The position numbers and the translations under genes are program-made. The notes under the pieces were generated by a model that saw only the letters and a list, made by a program, of their open reading frames with translations, ran no database searches and was not told the origin of the DNA. Shown one piece after another: positions 12,960 through 26,399 of a DNA stretch of 64,000 nucleotides. How positions within the stretch are numbered: position 1 is the stretch's first letter; every line of letters starts with the position of its first letter. This stretch comes from Chiloscyllium plagiosum (taxonomy: Eukaryota): positions 37,747,592 to 37,811,591 of the forward strand of contig NC_057718.1 of NCBI RefSeq assembly GCF_004010195.1, given 5' to 3'.

Positions 12960-13200
12960 GATGGTGGCACTTTGTAGAGTGCAGAGGTCATTCACCTTCT
13001 TCCTGCACTGCTGAGGGGTTTGTCCAGTTTATGGACATGGCATCAACCAAGGTGACAATGTCAAACCAGGCTGGCAGAGTGGTACAGTGAGTTCCTCTGG
13101 CATTCCAGATGAAAGGTGATAACCTTACTGTGCACTATCCGTCCGCCAGGACCTTCAAATCCCAGTACAAACTTATATCTGTCATCTCTGGGGCAATTCT
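12960..13200 (-). mobile_element. Harbinger-type Myb/SANT-like ORF remnant
   Basis: Frameshifted minus-strand translation ...DLKVLADG...TTLPAWFDIVTLV...PQQCRKKVNDL, matching the W...QCRKKxNDL signature of Harbinger Myb/SANT proteins. Confidence 0.65.
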
Positions 13201-16200
13201 TCCTTATAGTAGTCAGGCTTTTAGCTGCTGGCAAGTACAGAGTAGGGCGAGCAAGACTGCAACACCATATCTAATGAGATGAGCAGCAGAGAATTACATG
13301 AGAAACCTCACAGAGAGAAATCCTCCATGAAACTCCCCGAAATTGACACTAAGCTGAATTTTTTGGTAAAATGCAGTTCATGAATACTGATAATCTGAAT
13401 TTAAAAGAATATTTCTGCAATTGCATAGAAAGCCAAACAACGCATGAACAGTAAGCATAGGCTAAATTTTAGGCAAGGCACATTGAATCTCAGCTGTTCG
13501 GCAGATTTACACCTGAAGTGAATTTAATTATCCCTCATGAACAGGGATCCATTTCCAATATCTTCTCTTTGCACGATGAATTTCAGTGGAGGCAGTAGAG
13601 TCTATATTAAAGATTTACTCAACATGATTACACAAACTTCCTTCAACATTGCAATAGCATTACAATTAACTTAGGGGACAAGCCAGATTTTTTTTCTAAA
13701 AATAATGTAATTTCCAGAATCAGTATACCCTATAATTTTTATCTTTTTTTAATAAGTGCATCAATTTTAATTCTGTTAGTAACTCAATTTTAGGTGAATT
13801 AAAACTCCCCGTGTTTCTAGCTTAATTTAACTAAATGATTGATAGTTTACCCAGGTTGGGCCGAATTGGTACCTTCCTCCTGGTGAGTTTGGTGGTGGGG
13901 GCTTTTAATGAGGCAAGTGGGTGCCACTGCTTCAAATAAATCAGTGATGGGAAGTTCCATGGACAGACCTCCCACTTCACCATCAATTTCAGTCCTTACT
14001 TGGACGTGAACGGTCCACTTAAAGACATCATCCTGTTACTACCGGAATTCTTCCAGCATGGGACTGCCAGACAGGAAATCTAAAACATGATAGGCTTCCA
14101 AGGGTGTCCCTTTAGGACCTGGTCACAAGACCTGGTTTTGGCACTGGACTCATTCAGAACACTCATCTTGCAGCTGAGTTCTCTCTCCACTCCTCCCTTT
14201 CATATTATCTATGCCTGCATCCCTGGGGTATCCAGGTCTCAGTGCCTCCCTGGTAGCACTGTTAATCAATGAGAAACTGGCAGCAGCTCTAAAGCACAGG
14301 ATGTTCACTCCTGAAAATCTTTGATCTTACAGAGGTCTTGGCACTGCCTAGTTAAGTGCCTGACCAAACCTAAATATGCGGATCCTTCCTCAAAAGAGGC
14401 AATGCCGGGTCCTCACTGGCCTTTCAGCTGGTGGGAAAGATACCCATCATCTCTCAAATACTGCCCATAATGTTGTCCAAATACATCCAAAGCTCAGAAC
14501 AGAAAAAAATATAACTAGCATGACCTGTTCCTTTATCTTTATGTTTTATAGTTAACTTAAAAGCTGTCCCTTCCACACAATGACCTTTCACATATTGCAC
14601 CTCCCTCTGTTTGTTTTCTTTTTGAGGAAAAAAACAAGACCCTTAATGAAGGTTTATGTGTTTTCTATATGATAGACAGTGGTGTCATATGTAGTTTGTG
14701 TTTTATGACAATGGAGGTAATAAGGCTTTATGGGTTAGATGACAGACCTTATCACAATAAATGATAAGAAATATTGTACACATAATGAACACCTCATCTA
14801 TGGGATTTCATTCTGAATCCTGACATGTCCAATGTTTATTTTGGTTTTATGTATTTCATATCTTTAAACGAGTTGTTTTGTGAATTCACTTGTACCAGAT
14901 TTGATTTTCCAAATAAACGGTGATTGACTAAGGTTTACACTGAAATATTTCACTTCTGATCTCATCACTCCTGGGCAAATGGTAAATGAAAACCAGATTA
15001 ATACAGACAGCATTCCGAAGAATTCTGTTTATCTTCACATCCAAAACAGTGATAAAGACAACATACCATGAATTCCCACTGAAAATAATGGAAATTCCTC
15101 AAATGTCTGAGTGGGAATGGTATGATTGAAATGGAATTTGCGTATGGCCTATGTATTTGTGATGTAATTGAAATAGATTCCTGTTATTGCAACAAGTCTG
15201 TCAAATAAATTACAATGAGAGGCAAATCCCATGTCCTTGGTCAAAAACCCACTATTGCCATTGTTGAATTCCACCTTGAACTCCATCATTCTCCATTTCT
15301 GCCTCCCCACCACAGTACACATGGAAAATATGCCTCTTAATCAATACAAGATTAAACAACTTCAAAAAAAAAGTGCTGGTAATTCATGCCCTTATCTGAT
15401 CTTCCTCATTCTAGATTTGAAGATAACAATAAACATTAAATTGATGTTGCAATCACAGTGAAAATGGATGATCAATATGCAACCTTCATCATTTCACTTT
15501 AAGACTATCATATATTAAAAATAGATTTTAAAAAGATAAATATCAACCTAAATTGGCTGTGATCATCTGACTCGCTTAAGCTAAGCTCATGGACCCCTCA
15601 GTAAACAAAGGTCAGTCTGAGTCAAACCCACTAATAAATGAAAGTGGGGAAACAAATTGTTCCTTGAAGATCTGTTTAAAAATTTGTGAAATGGTTTTCT
15701 TGAGTCTCTAAGAGTGAAAGTACTCAGTTGTCTAATGTTTGATGTTAACACTTTTTCATGGACAGAACTAAATAACTTATGGAAATCTAAAACCTTTATC
15801 CCTGAAAGAACTAAAAGTAACAGCTAAGCACTTTGAGATGGAGTTCTGCCTGAATGTTGTGTGTTATGTTTCATGGTCAGTGTGTCAGTATATCTTTAAG
15901 AGATAGATTCATGATATTATCACTGTATCATAACATATGACTCAAAGGTATAAAGGTTTTACCTCAGTAAACTTGAAACATGACAACTCTAGTGGCATTC
16001 TGTCCCTCTGTTGTAAAATAATAGCTCAGCTACTTACATGCCTTGGGATTGCAATGTTTGTACATAATAGTTGATTGCAATAAATGTCTTCTGGGTCCTC
16101 CATATCATAATATCCATATCCAGTTTCTTATACTCTGGGTGATTCCACAAACATTGTCTTATCAAAAAGCCACATCAGAAACCTAGTAAACAGGAATTGT

Positions 16201-17509
16201 AAAATAGTTAACAAAATATCTAAAGTTAGGAACTGAGGACTACGATAGAGATGAATTAAAAGATAACAACTAAGACCAGATCTGCAAGACCATTATCTGT
16301 GGGATTAAAGATAGTCAGCATTTGCTGAGTCATGACTTTTGACTAGGATAGCTGTCAGGAGTTTGTTTGCAAAGGAATGGTAATCACTGACTGTTTCACA
16401 GCCAGACAGAAAAATCAGCTTTCTTCAAAACACTGAGTGCTCACAAACCTTGTCAATAGGAAAATAAAAGTTTTCCCCCTGAAGGAGATTAAATTCCATT
16501 GTGCTGATAAAAGGCCTGAAGAGAAGGATGCAAGAGCCCTGTAGGAATCAAACCTCAGGTGACCATTTACAACACAGAGAAATATTGGTTACTTTCTATT
16601 CTTTGTGGAGATGTTACAATGTAGTGAAAATGGACTATCAACATTCAACCGTTATCCTTTGACTTTAATACCCAAGACATTGATGGGCTAAACAAAAATA
16701 ATTTAAAAAGAACAAACACTGGTCTAAAATTCCAGCTTAATTCCCTGACTAGAATGAGCTAAGTTCATGGACCCATCACTAAACTCTGATCAGTCCGAGT
16801 CAAAATTAATGTCAATCATAAGGACACTGAGACTCAGATCAGAACCTCCCAATTGATTCACATCTTCCTGAAAGTTGCATATTGAGATGACAGTTTGTCT
16901 GTGGAGTATTCAGCTTGAAAAAATAATGTGCAGACTCAGTAATATACAAATTGATCTTTTTCTGCTATGGAGCAGACAGGAGACAAGGAAAAATGGATTT
17001 GTGGACAGCTGGAAAGCTTTCTGTCTTACCTTCAATTTTAGGAAGTGGCTGGTGAAAAGCAATTTAAACTGCAATAACTGACAACTCCAGGATATCTGCA
17101 CCTTTACCATTCTAAAGCAAACAAGACAGTAGCTATATAGTTGCACTCAAATTGGACTCTTGCAACTGGATGATTTTTTAAAAACTGTGACCTGCAACCA
17201 CCTTTAATTTTGTATTTCTATTTCGAGACCCCCACTTCACTCCCACTTCTTTGTAAGCTCATTACCCGTGTTTTATGTGTGTGTTGGTTCTCATGTTTTA
17301 ATTTTCTTTAGCTACTAAAATCTCACTTGTTCAGATGTATAAATATTAGAATTGGCCCTTCTTCATTTTGATCTGGCAAATTAAGTTTAATTAAGTATGA
17401 TAGCTGCATGTTTATATTAAAAAAAAGGATAGATTTTGTAAGTACAGCCATTTACATAACTTAGCAAATGAGGCAGCTGATTTGTGCATGGCATGGTCTC
17501 ACACACAGG

Positions 17510-17710
17510 ATAATTATCAAATAATCAATTTTAATGGCATCAGTTGAGGGATAAGTAGGATTTAGAAAACCAAGTAGATGACTCTTGCCCTTCCTCCAAT
17601 AATGCTATCAGATCATTACACCGACCTGAGAGGGTAAGCTTAACATTTCATATGAAAGACAACTTTCAAAAGTTGAGAGGTCACTCAACCTAGATTACTT
17701 GCTCAAACGA
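17510..17710 (-). mobile_element. Degraded Deu-domain SINE (SacSINE1-like)
   Basis: Reverse complement resembles the Deu core seen at 28340-28520 (gttgagggataa..., cctgagagg). Confidence 0.55.
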
Positions 17711-17898
17711 CTGTTACATAAAGTAATGTCTCTGAAAGGTCTGGTGTTGGAGACTTGAATAAGTTCTACCCAATCTGATAATGTCATGGGTGGAGAAAAA
17801 TAAAGTCTAACTCAAGATCCCAATAGTTCAGTCAACATTGCTTCCTGATTGTCTTAATTATTATGTATAACAGGCTGATGTAACTTGTACATATTGCC

Positions 17899-17926
17899 AT
17901 CATCTACATCTACATCTACATCTACA
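17899..17926. repeat. (CATCTA)n microsatellite
   Basis: Direct observation. Confidence 0.9.
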
Positions 17927-18044
17927 ATGTCTTACTTAGACAAAGGTTATGACAAGGCTGGATGTATTGGATACGGAGATGATATTTCCCCTGACCAGGG
18001 GGGCCAGTACATGTGAGAGTTCCAGTATTCTAGGTCGGGTCAAA

Positions 18045-21000
18045 ATAATCCCTTGTATGGTTTTAGTTAGACTTCCCTACTTTTATAGTCCATTTCCTTT
18101 TAAGTAAAAGCCAACATTTCATTTGTTTTCCCTATTACATGCTGAACTTATGTGGCAGTTGTTTGTGATTTATGCACAAGGATTCCCAAATCCCTTCATG
18201 CTGTAGCTTTCTTCAGTCTTTCTCCATTTAAATAATATTCAGCTCTTCCATTCTTTCTGCGACAGTGTATAACTTCACATTTTCTCATATTATATTCTAA
18301 CTAGCATGCTTTTGCCTACTTATTTAATCGGTCAATATACAGAATCATTGTGTCTTGCTCATCATATGCTTTCCCACCTATTTTTTTGTGTCATTCACAA
18401 AATTGATGACAACACATCCACTTTCTTCATCCAAATCATCAATATATGTTGTACATAATTGCTACCACAGCACTGATCCCTGTGGCACTCCACCTGCCAT
18501 TTTGAAACACCCCCTTATTCCAAAACTCTGTCTTCTATTAGTTAACCAATCCTCTATCCTTGCTAATACATTACATCCAATACCATGGACTCTCTTCTTA
18601 GTAAGTAGCCTAATGTGTGGTGCCTTATCAAAAGCCTTCTGAAAATCCAAATAAGTTACATTCACCACTCCTCCTTTATCTGTCCTCTTGTTACCACCAG
18701 AAAATGTCTAATAAATTTGCCAGGCATGATTTCCCCTTCCCGAAGACATGCCTGATCATATTATGCATTTCTGAGGTAACTGACTATAATTACCTATTTT
18801 TCTCTCTCTATCTTTTTAAATGAAGGTGTTACACTAGCAATTTTTCAATCCTCTGGGATTCTTTCAGAATCTGAGAAGTCCTGGAAGATTACAACTAGTG
18901 CATCCATTATCTTTGTAACTACTACTTCACAGGAGGCTCCCAAGCACTGAGGATGTCACCTAGACAGGGGACGAAATGTCTGCAACACAAATTCCCAGCT
19001 CGGCGAACAGAACCACAACAACTACTACTTTTAACTGTTCAGTCATGTCCGGAGACTTATCGGTCTTTAGCCCCATTGGTTTCCCAACTATTTTTTCTCT
19101 AAATGATAGTTATTGGGTTTATTTCTTATCCCCCTTTTGCCCCTTGATTACTTAGTACTCTTGGAATGCTATTAATGTCTTCTACAATGAAAACTGCTGC
19201 AAAATATTTATTAACTGCTCACCTTATTATTTCCCCAGCCTCATTGGCCAAGAGGCCTAAGTCACTTTGGCTCTCTCTTCCTTTTTATATATTTAAAGCA
19301 GCTTCTGCTGTCCATCTTAACACCACTTGCAACTTCATCCTTAAAAGTTTACTTTCTTCCTCTATTATTTCTCTGCTTGGCTCATGTTATTGTTAAAAAT
19401 TTCCCCAATTCTCTGGCTTACCAAGTAATCTTTGTCACATTGTATATTTTTACCTTTCAATTTGATGCTATCTTTAATTTCCTTAGATAATCATGGCTGG
19501 CTTTTATACCATTTCTAGAATACTTCTTCTGTTTCACTGGGCTATATCTTTACTGTGAATGCTGAACTATTTTCATAAAGGTCTGCCATTGTTCCAAATA
19601 GTCTTTGGTGCTAAACTCCTTTCCCAGTTCACTCCAGCCAGCTCTGCCATTATCCCATGGCAATTGCCCATATTTAAGTTTAACAAAGTTGTTTCGAACT
19701 GAACTCTTAATTCTACCATGTTATTGTCACTGTTTGAGAAGGCCTTTCATCCTGAGATTATTCTTGACAAGTCATCAGATCTAAAATGACCTGATTCGAA
19801 CCACCACATGCTTTGAATACGCTTGATGAATTCTTCCTCGAGTCTTTACTCTGTCCCTTCCTGTCCAATTCTGAGTGTCATTATCCAAGTAGCTGCCTTG
19901 TAATGCTGCCACATTCTCTTATTTTGCAAGTCTACATTTTCCTCTCCCAAATCCTCCCTCCTCTAATTAGTGTAAAGCCCTCTCTACAGCTCTTGTTATT
20001 TGATTCACAAGGTCACTGGTCAAGTGTGGTTCATCCCACCAGGAGCAACTCCATTCTATCCCAGTACAATGCCACTTCTCCGCCAAACTGTCAGCCATTA
20101 CACCTGCATCATTCTCCACACAACATATTCAACTCCTTCACTTCACAGAATCACAAAGTTTATGGCATAGAAAGAGATCCTGCCTGAACTGGCTTGTTAT
20201 TTGAACGTCATCACCTGGTACATATTTCCTGCTTTCTCCCTGTACCCTTGCACATTATTATTCCCCAAAGAATCATTCAATGCCTTCCCGAATGCTTCAA
20301 TTGAACTTGCCTCCACCACACTTCCAGGCAATGTACTCCATGCCCCAACTACTCGCTGAGTAAAAATGTTTTTCCCCATTTCACTCTTGCTTCCTTGATC
20401 ATTTTAAGTCATAGCCTCTTGTTTTTGTTCCGGTTATGACCTTATTCACCCAATGCCAGTTTACCCGAGGCTCAGGTAGTACTCCAGAGATGATCACCTT
20501 GGAGGTTCTGCTTTCGCTCATAACTGTTCAAATCATTTCAACAGAACCTGCTTTCTAGTACTGTCAATGTCATTGGTATCAACATAGATGATGAAAATTG
20601 GATCCCTTCCCTTCATAGTCCAAGCTTTTTTTCCAGGCCGACAGAGATATCCTTAACCCTAGCACCAGGCAAGCAAAACAGCCTTTGCGAAATCCGTTCA
20701 TCTATCCCTCTAATTATACTGTCCATAACCACAACTACATTTCTGTATCTTCCCCCCTCACTTGAATGGCTCCCTGTACCAAGGTGATGTGGTCAGTTTG
20801 CTCATCCTCACTACCATTCACCATTCTTGTATATACAGCTTGCAGGAACCGCGTAACTGTTGGACAATTGCAGGGGCCAAGGTTCCTCAAGTATAATCCC
20901 TGGGTGCCCATACCCACATCACCTGCAGTCACATCTTTCTGTCTCTGATTACAGACTGAAATTGAATGGCTTAATCTGAGAGGTGTGACTACCCTCTGGA

Positions 21001-21180
21001 GCAAAGTGTCCAGGTAATTAGCCCCTCCCCAGTGTGGTGCAATATCTGCAGCTCAGAATCCAGTTCCTCAACTCAGACCTGAAGCTCCTTGAACCGCAAA
21101 CACTTACTATAAATATATGATCTTGGCATCCAGTAGCTTCGATATGCTACAGCAGCAACACATCACCTATCCTGCCGTCA
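18045..21180 (-). mobile_element. Degraded long CR1 LINE (ORF2 and ORF1 remnants) with nested insertions
   Basis: RT remnant YLDFQKAFDKAPHIRLL...GVPQGSVL at 18462-18668. ORF1-like sequence at about 20480-21180 is similar to 50350-51080. Interrupted by 18928-19019 and by a second CR1 tail at about 20145-20420. Confidence 0.75.
18928..19019 (+). mobile_element. 92-bp PLE-type insertion (family C) consisting mostly of a hammerhead motif
   Basis: 11-bp TSD aactactactt at 18917-18927 and 19020-19030. Core GCA-CUGAGGA-U-GUCACC(UAGACA)GGGGAC-GAAA-UG-UC-UGC at 18944-18983. Confidence 0.85.
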
Positions 21181-21329
21181 CTATATTTACTATTGAATCT
21201 ACAGCTTTCTGGATCCTGGATGTGTGATACCAACAGTGATGGCACCATCATAGCTAACATTGTCCTCAATGACATCTTCATAATGTTTATTAGATACCAG
21301 TCTGGAGCAGATCCCATGGATGAATAAGA

Positions 21330-22907
21330 AAAAGGGGAGAATATTGCTTGTTAATGAGTTTATTAACAGCACATCTTGCCTTATTAATGTGCAGCTTCCT
21401 ATCTTATTAAACATTCTGAACAATATGGAAGTCAGAGCAGGTAACTGATGATGGCAGCACACCATTCACTCCTAAAGGACCTCCAGTTGGGACACTGAGC
21501 ACCAACATCTCAGGGCATGATCAATGGGCATCAGCTACCCGCACCCTACATCCATGATATTGACATCCAATGTTCCAGCCTCTAAGAAATTTTGTGGCAT
21601 ATCTCCAGGGCCGCTTACAGAATGCTCCTGAATGTCAATGGTGCATATTGGGCTGCACCCAGAACTGTCATTGCAATGCTGCTCGGGGATTGGAGCAGGC
21701 TACATCTGCTGCCTCTTCACTCACTGTCACAGTTCACACTCACACTGAGCCTACTCACAGCAGCCCTGCCTTACATTGTGCTTTTGAACTTTGCCCCACC
21801 AGGCTTACAGTACAGCTGTACTGCCAAGCCATTTACCACATACTCAACACCAGGAAGCTTGTCATGGTTGTCAGCAGGTATCAGTCAAGTCAAGGGTAGT
21901 AGCCTTCGCTCAGTATATCCAGGAGCAGTAAGTCAAGGGCAGCCTCCAATACCAGTCCAGGGGCTTGGGCACTGTTAGTCCCGGGCTCGGGCACTGTTAG
22001 TCCCGGGCACAAGGTGGTCAGAGTCAAGATGCTCTCTGCATAAGGGCTGAGGAACCAAATATCAGGCAGCCCATTATCTGTTGACTCTGTTTTTTTTACA
22101 ATTGAGGGCTTTTTACCACCTGAAATAAGATGGAGATAGGTATTACGGGAGATGAAATTGGGTGTTTCTGCTGTTACAGTTGGTGCAGGTACAGGTAGGC
22201 AGTACAGAGGGTTTTCAGGGTTAGTGTTGGGGAGTGGGGTGGGTGATGGTGACCGCGGAACGATGTTGCAGACAGCAGCAAGAGTGTTAGAGCATCAGTC
22301 TTGGTGGGAGTGGGTACAGAAGCAGAGATAGCATGTGTGCAAGGTATTGGAGAGAAGCTGGTGGCACTTACACTAGCAGAACAGAGAAGAATATTGAACT
22401 TCTTCCTATAGTGCTGGGCATTCTTCTAAATGCCTGAGAATGTGCTGCTCAGGTGGCAACGGTTTTGACCTCCTCTCCTGGTCTGAGGGAAGCAGAAGTT
22501 CTGACTGTGCACCATATCCATCCAGCAGGACCTCCACATCCCTGTCCATAAAGTGAGTGGCAAATTTACCCTTGTTTTCCACACCCAGAGTGAATGTCAG
22601 GAATGCTGCAAGGCAGTTCCAGACTGACAGCGCTCGTCCTGGTGCACAATGATCCTGAAAATTTGGCAGGATTTCCAGAAATGCTGGTCAATTCCGAGAT
22701 ATCCCAGCAGTAATGAGTTGTTCCGGGAAAGGAGTATGATAAGATGGGGTTAGGATTTGGCAAGAGGATGCCATTGGAGCAGTGGAGGTGGTTAATGAGA
22801 CAGGTTTGTGAGAACATGGTGAAGGATTTGGCGAGACTTCATGGAGAAAAACCCCTCTTGAAACTCAATTAAATTCTCTTTGCCAAAAAAGCGTAAAATT
22901 TTGCCCA
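21330..22907 (-). mobile_element. Degraded Harbinger-like DNA transposon with Myb/SANT ORF remnant
   Basis: Minus strand 22370-22575 reads KFATHFMDRDVEVLLDG...KNAQHYRKKFNILLCSAS, followed by GTAAGT. It ends in aaaattttgccc, a plausible TIR. Left boundary is a guess. Confidence 0.55.
21961..22008. repeat. 22-bp tandem duplication
   Basis: gggc(tt/tc)gggcactgttagtccc x2. Confidence 0.9.
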
Positions 22908-23119
22908 ATATATCTGTTGCTGCTAGTGTAGTATGCCGAGGTCATCTCTTCTCTAGGTAAGCAGCAAATAGAGATATAGCAGATGCAGCCTGGAACTGAC
23001 ATTGAAATTAAATACCATGGGAAAACTGACAACCAACAGCAGCAATTTTCATATACCGAGATTTCAGTTGTGACTCCATTAGGTGATATAACTTGATGAT
23101 TGCATCCTTAATAAATAGA

Positions 23120-23400
23120 AAAAATGAGATCCTGAGTCGGTCATTTGGCCTATTGAGCATTTTCCACCATTCATCTGGATAACGACTGTGACCTCAAAGT
23201 CGTTTTCTCACATTATCCCCATGTCCTTTTGAAATCTTTAAGACCAAGAAATGTATCAATCTCCATCGCGAATTTGCACAATGATTGGGCCTCCACAGCT
23301 CTCAGGACTGAAGAAATCCAACAATAAGTGAAGAGACTTCCCCTGATCGCAGTCTGAAATGGTCCACCCCTTATTCTGCAAATATGTTTCCTAAGTGCCT
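23120..23400 (-). mobile_element. Degraded CR1 3' end
   Basis: gccattcagccc-type tail and ggcctccacagctctc segment, as at 36570-36845 and 46900-47250. Confidence 0.65.
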
Positions 23401-25922
23401 CCCACAGGTCCATGCAAATGCATTACACATTGCTCCTCAGTCAAGTTGAGAGATGAAATGCTGTCTGAAAACTGTTAATTTTGCCCTTCCCTCCTCCACT
23501 CTGTGCTCTCAACTGCCCCTGTGTCTTCCTCTCATCTTGACTGCTCCCCCTCAAACTTCAACCCCAAAGGCAGACCAAACAGTTCACACATGTGAAGATG
23601 GACAAAAGCTGTTCTAGACTAACAAAATATTGTTAACCAAAGTGAGTGGTCAGTTGCAGAAAATAGCCAGAGAAAGTAGCCATCATCCTTAACAAAAAAA
23701 GGACAAGCCAGCAGCAGGTAGCAGATAAACTTTGTAAATAGTCTGAACTATCAATGCCACCATTTGTAGAGAAAATCATGCTGTGACAGGAATTGAGGTG
23801 AACTGACTTTACAAAACAAGTGCAAGATTATCATTTAGCCAAGTTAATAATGTTTTTTAAATAATTAAGGCAGGTACACTGAACGCCTATGGAGAAGCCT
23901 CATGCAAATGGTAAGTGATACACATTCAGTACATAATAAATACACCTACACCATTCTTTACTATTACATTCATATTCACTTGAATATCTAGATCTGTGAC
24001 TCTAAGACAGTGGAAGTTACTTATACAAAACTTGCTGGTAGTAGTTAAAGCAGAAGATTTACATTTGCTGTAACAAAAACTGATTCATGGCCAGTTGCAG
24101 AAAGAAATTCTTCAAAATATTAAAGACACGTCAGGTTCCTATAAATATTGATCACCATCTCTGATCAAATTTCACAGTTGCTGAAATGTTAAAAGGATAA
24201 AGGGCAAACTAAAAAAAGCACTGTCCCTCGTGTGTTTAAATTTTTCAAACTTTGGGTCACATAAATGAGATTTACAATGATACCATTCCCCCTGCTTTAG
24301 ACTCGGTTTCCTGTGGAGACCACAAGCTTTGGAGTTGCAAAGCTGATTAGGCAAAAAAATGCATTCTTCAGATTTTTCTGATTTAATATCTGCCTTCATT
24401 TAGGTGAGATTAAACGGCTATCCTACTGAAACAAATAACTAAATTAAAAAGAGGATGCAGCTTTTGATGTCAAAGCAGCTCACATTTCTCAAATAATTAG
24501 CAACAGACAATTGCAATCTACCAGTTATTTACACAGTACTTTTGCCTTTTGAAAACGTCCTTCAGATCTCAGTGTGCGAAAGATTGGATTGGTTTGGTTT
24601 GTTTAACACCAAGTCATAGGATTGTATGAGTCAGATTGGACAGGTCATCATAGAGCAGCAGAATTACCTGATTTTTTTCCCCTCCTTTTCCCAGTTCTCC
24701 CTAATCTCAATTAAATTCTTATTTTATTTACTTTTCAATCCCAAGCAGAGCACTGTCTAGTGAATCACTCAGGTGAGGGACATTGATATTCACACAAAAT
24801 TCTAACGGATTGAAACTAAGGTTTAATAATGTTTGCTTAGAAACAACTGTTTCCAACTGCTCTAAATCATAGGAAGGCCAACTCTAATGCTCAAAACAAA
24901 GAAGAAGAAAAACATACTTGTCAATCTTTTCATAAAAATGTATCATTTGTAAAAAATAATTGTGAAACATGCAGTTTACTAACCATGAAAAGTACGAGTT
25001 AATCATGATATCCCTGCAAAATGTACTATCAGTGTTTCTGAATGGCCATAATTCAGCAGGAACATTGTAGCTAACTGCCAAAAATTGCTTGGCAGCCATA
25101 ATACAAAGCCATTTTTAATGATATAGCTCGGCATATGTTGGCGAGCATTGTCCTAAGCACAAGTATTGCTGACAGGACAAGCCAGCTCCCAGCATGTAAA
25201 GAAGCTGTAAAGGTTGGCAATGCATTAGAGACAACATTAAACAGGTTTCCAGTATTCTGGAGGGCTGGAAGGACATCCAGAAGAAAACTGCACTGATTAA
25301 AAAGTAGTAAGTATATATTTAAGGCAAGAGTAGTACTTTAAAATAGTCATGCAAAAAAAAAGGAAGAGTATAATACATGTAATTATATGACACCTTACCA
25401 TGTCAAAGTGCTTCACATTACAAGTTACTTTCAGAATCCAATGACTCTTATTATTGAGACAAACATGGAGGGAAAGTTTCAATTGTAAACGTTTTATGGG
25501 AAAAAAATGCTTCACTAACACAATGAAGTGTTAGCAAGAATGTCACAAGTAAGGTATTAGAAGTGAAAAATAGCAGGATTTTGCAAATCACATTATAAAT
25601 GCCATATTGGAAGACTGGATGGATTCCAGGAAGGAATTTCCATGGGCCAGATCATTGCATCTCAGTCTGCACAGCTCTCAGGTTTAAAAACAAAGCTCAA
25701 ATGTAATAAAAGGGTGGCATAAGGGTTTTGTTCCATCATATCTGAAAGTGCTAATCCCATATGAACAATGGTAGATTATTTGAGTGAGGAACAGTTTGGA
25801 AGTACTTGGATCTGTTGAGATTGTGAAGAAGAAAACCAGTGATAATTACCATATTAAGTGGAAACTCCATGAACTGCAGGATATGTTTTATGATGGTTTG
25901 TTTCTTAAATGTTAGCTTCTGC

Positions 25923-26250
25923 AGAGTCATACAGTCATAGAGTCAAACAGCAAGGAAACAGACCCTTCATCCAATTAGTCTATGCCAAACATAACCCTTA
26001 ACTAAACTAATCCCACCAGTTTGGTCCTGGCCCACATCCCTCCAAATCTCGCCTATTCATGTCCTTATCCAAAAGTCTTTTAAACGTTGTAATTGTACCC
26101 ACATCCACCACTTCCTCAGGAAGTTCATTCCACACACAAACCTCCCTCAGTGTAAACAATGTAACCCTCATGACTTTTGTAATTCTCTCTCCTCTCACCA
26201 TCTTAAAAATGATCCCTCTAGTTCTGAAATCCCCATCCTAGGGAAAATTT
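25923..26250 (-). mobile_element. CR1 3' end
   Basis: (agtcatag)n tail and translation VCVWNELPEEVVDVGTITTFKRLLD (CR1 ORF2 C-terminus). Confidence 0.85.
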
Positions 26251-26287
26251 TTCTTTTAAGAGGATTCGCAGTAGGTTGAAATCTTTG

Positions 26288-26399
26288 AGGAGAAAGAGGT
26301 CTGCAGATGCTGGAGATCAGAGCTGGAAATGTGTTGCTGGAAAAGCGCAGCAGGTCAGGCAGCATCCAGGGAACAGGAGAATCGACGTTTCGGGCATAA
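26288..26399 (-). mobile_element. Truncated family-A PLE-type short element
   Basis: Identical over about 60 nt to 1936-1999. Breaks off inside hammerhead stem II at the palindrome junction. Confidence 0.8.
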
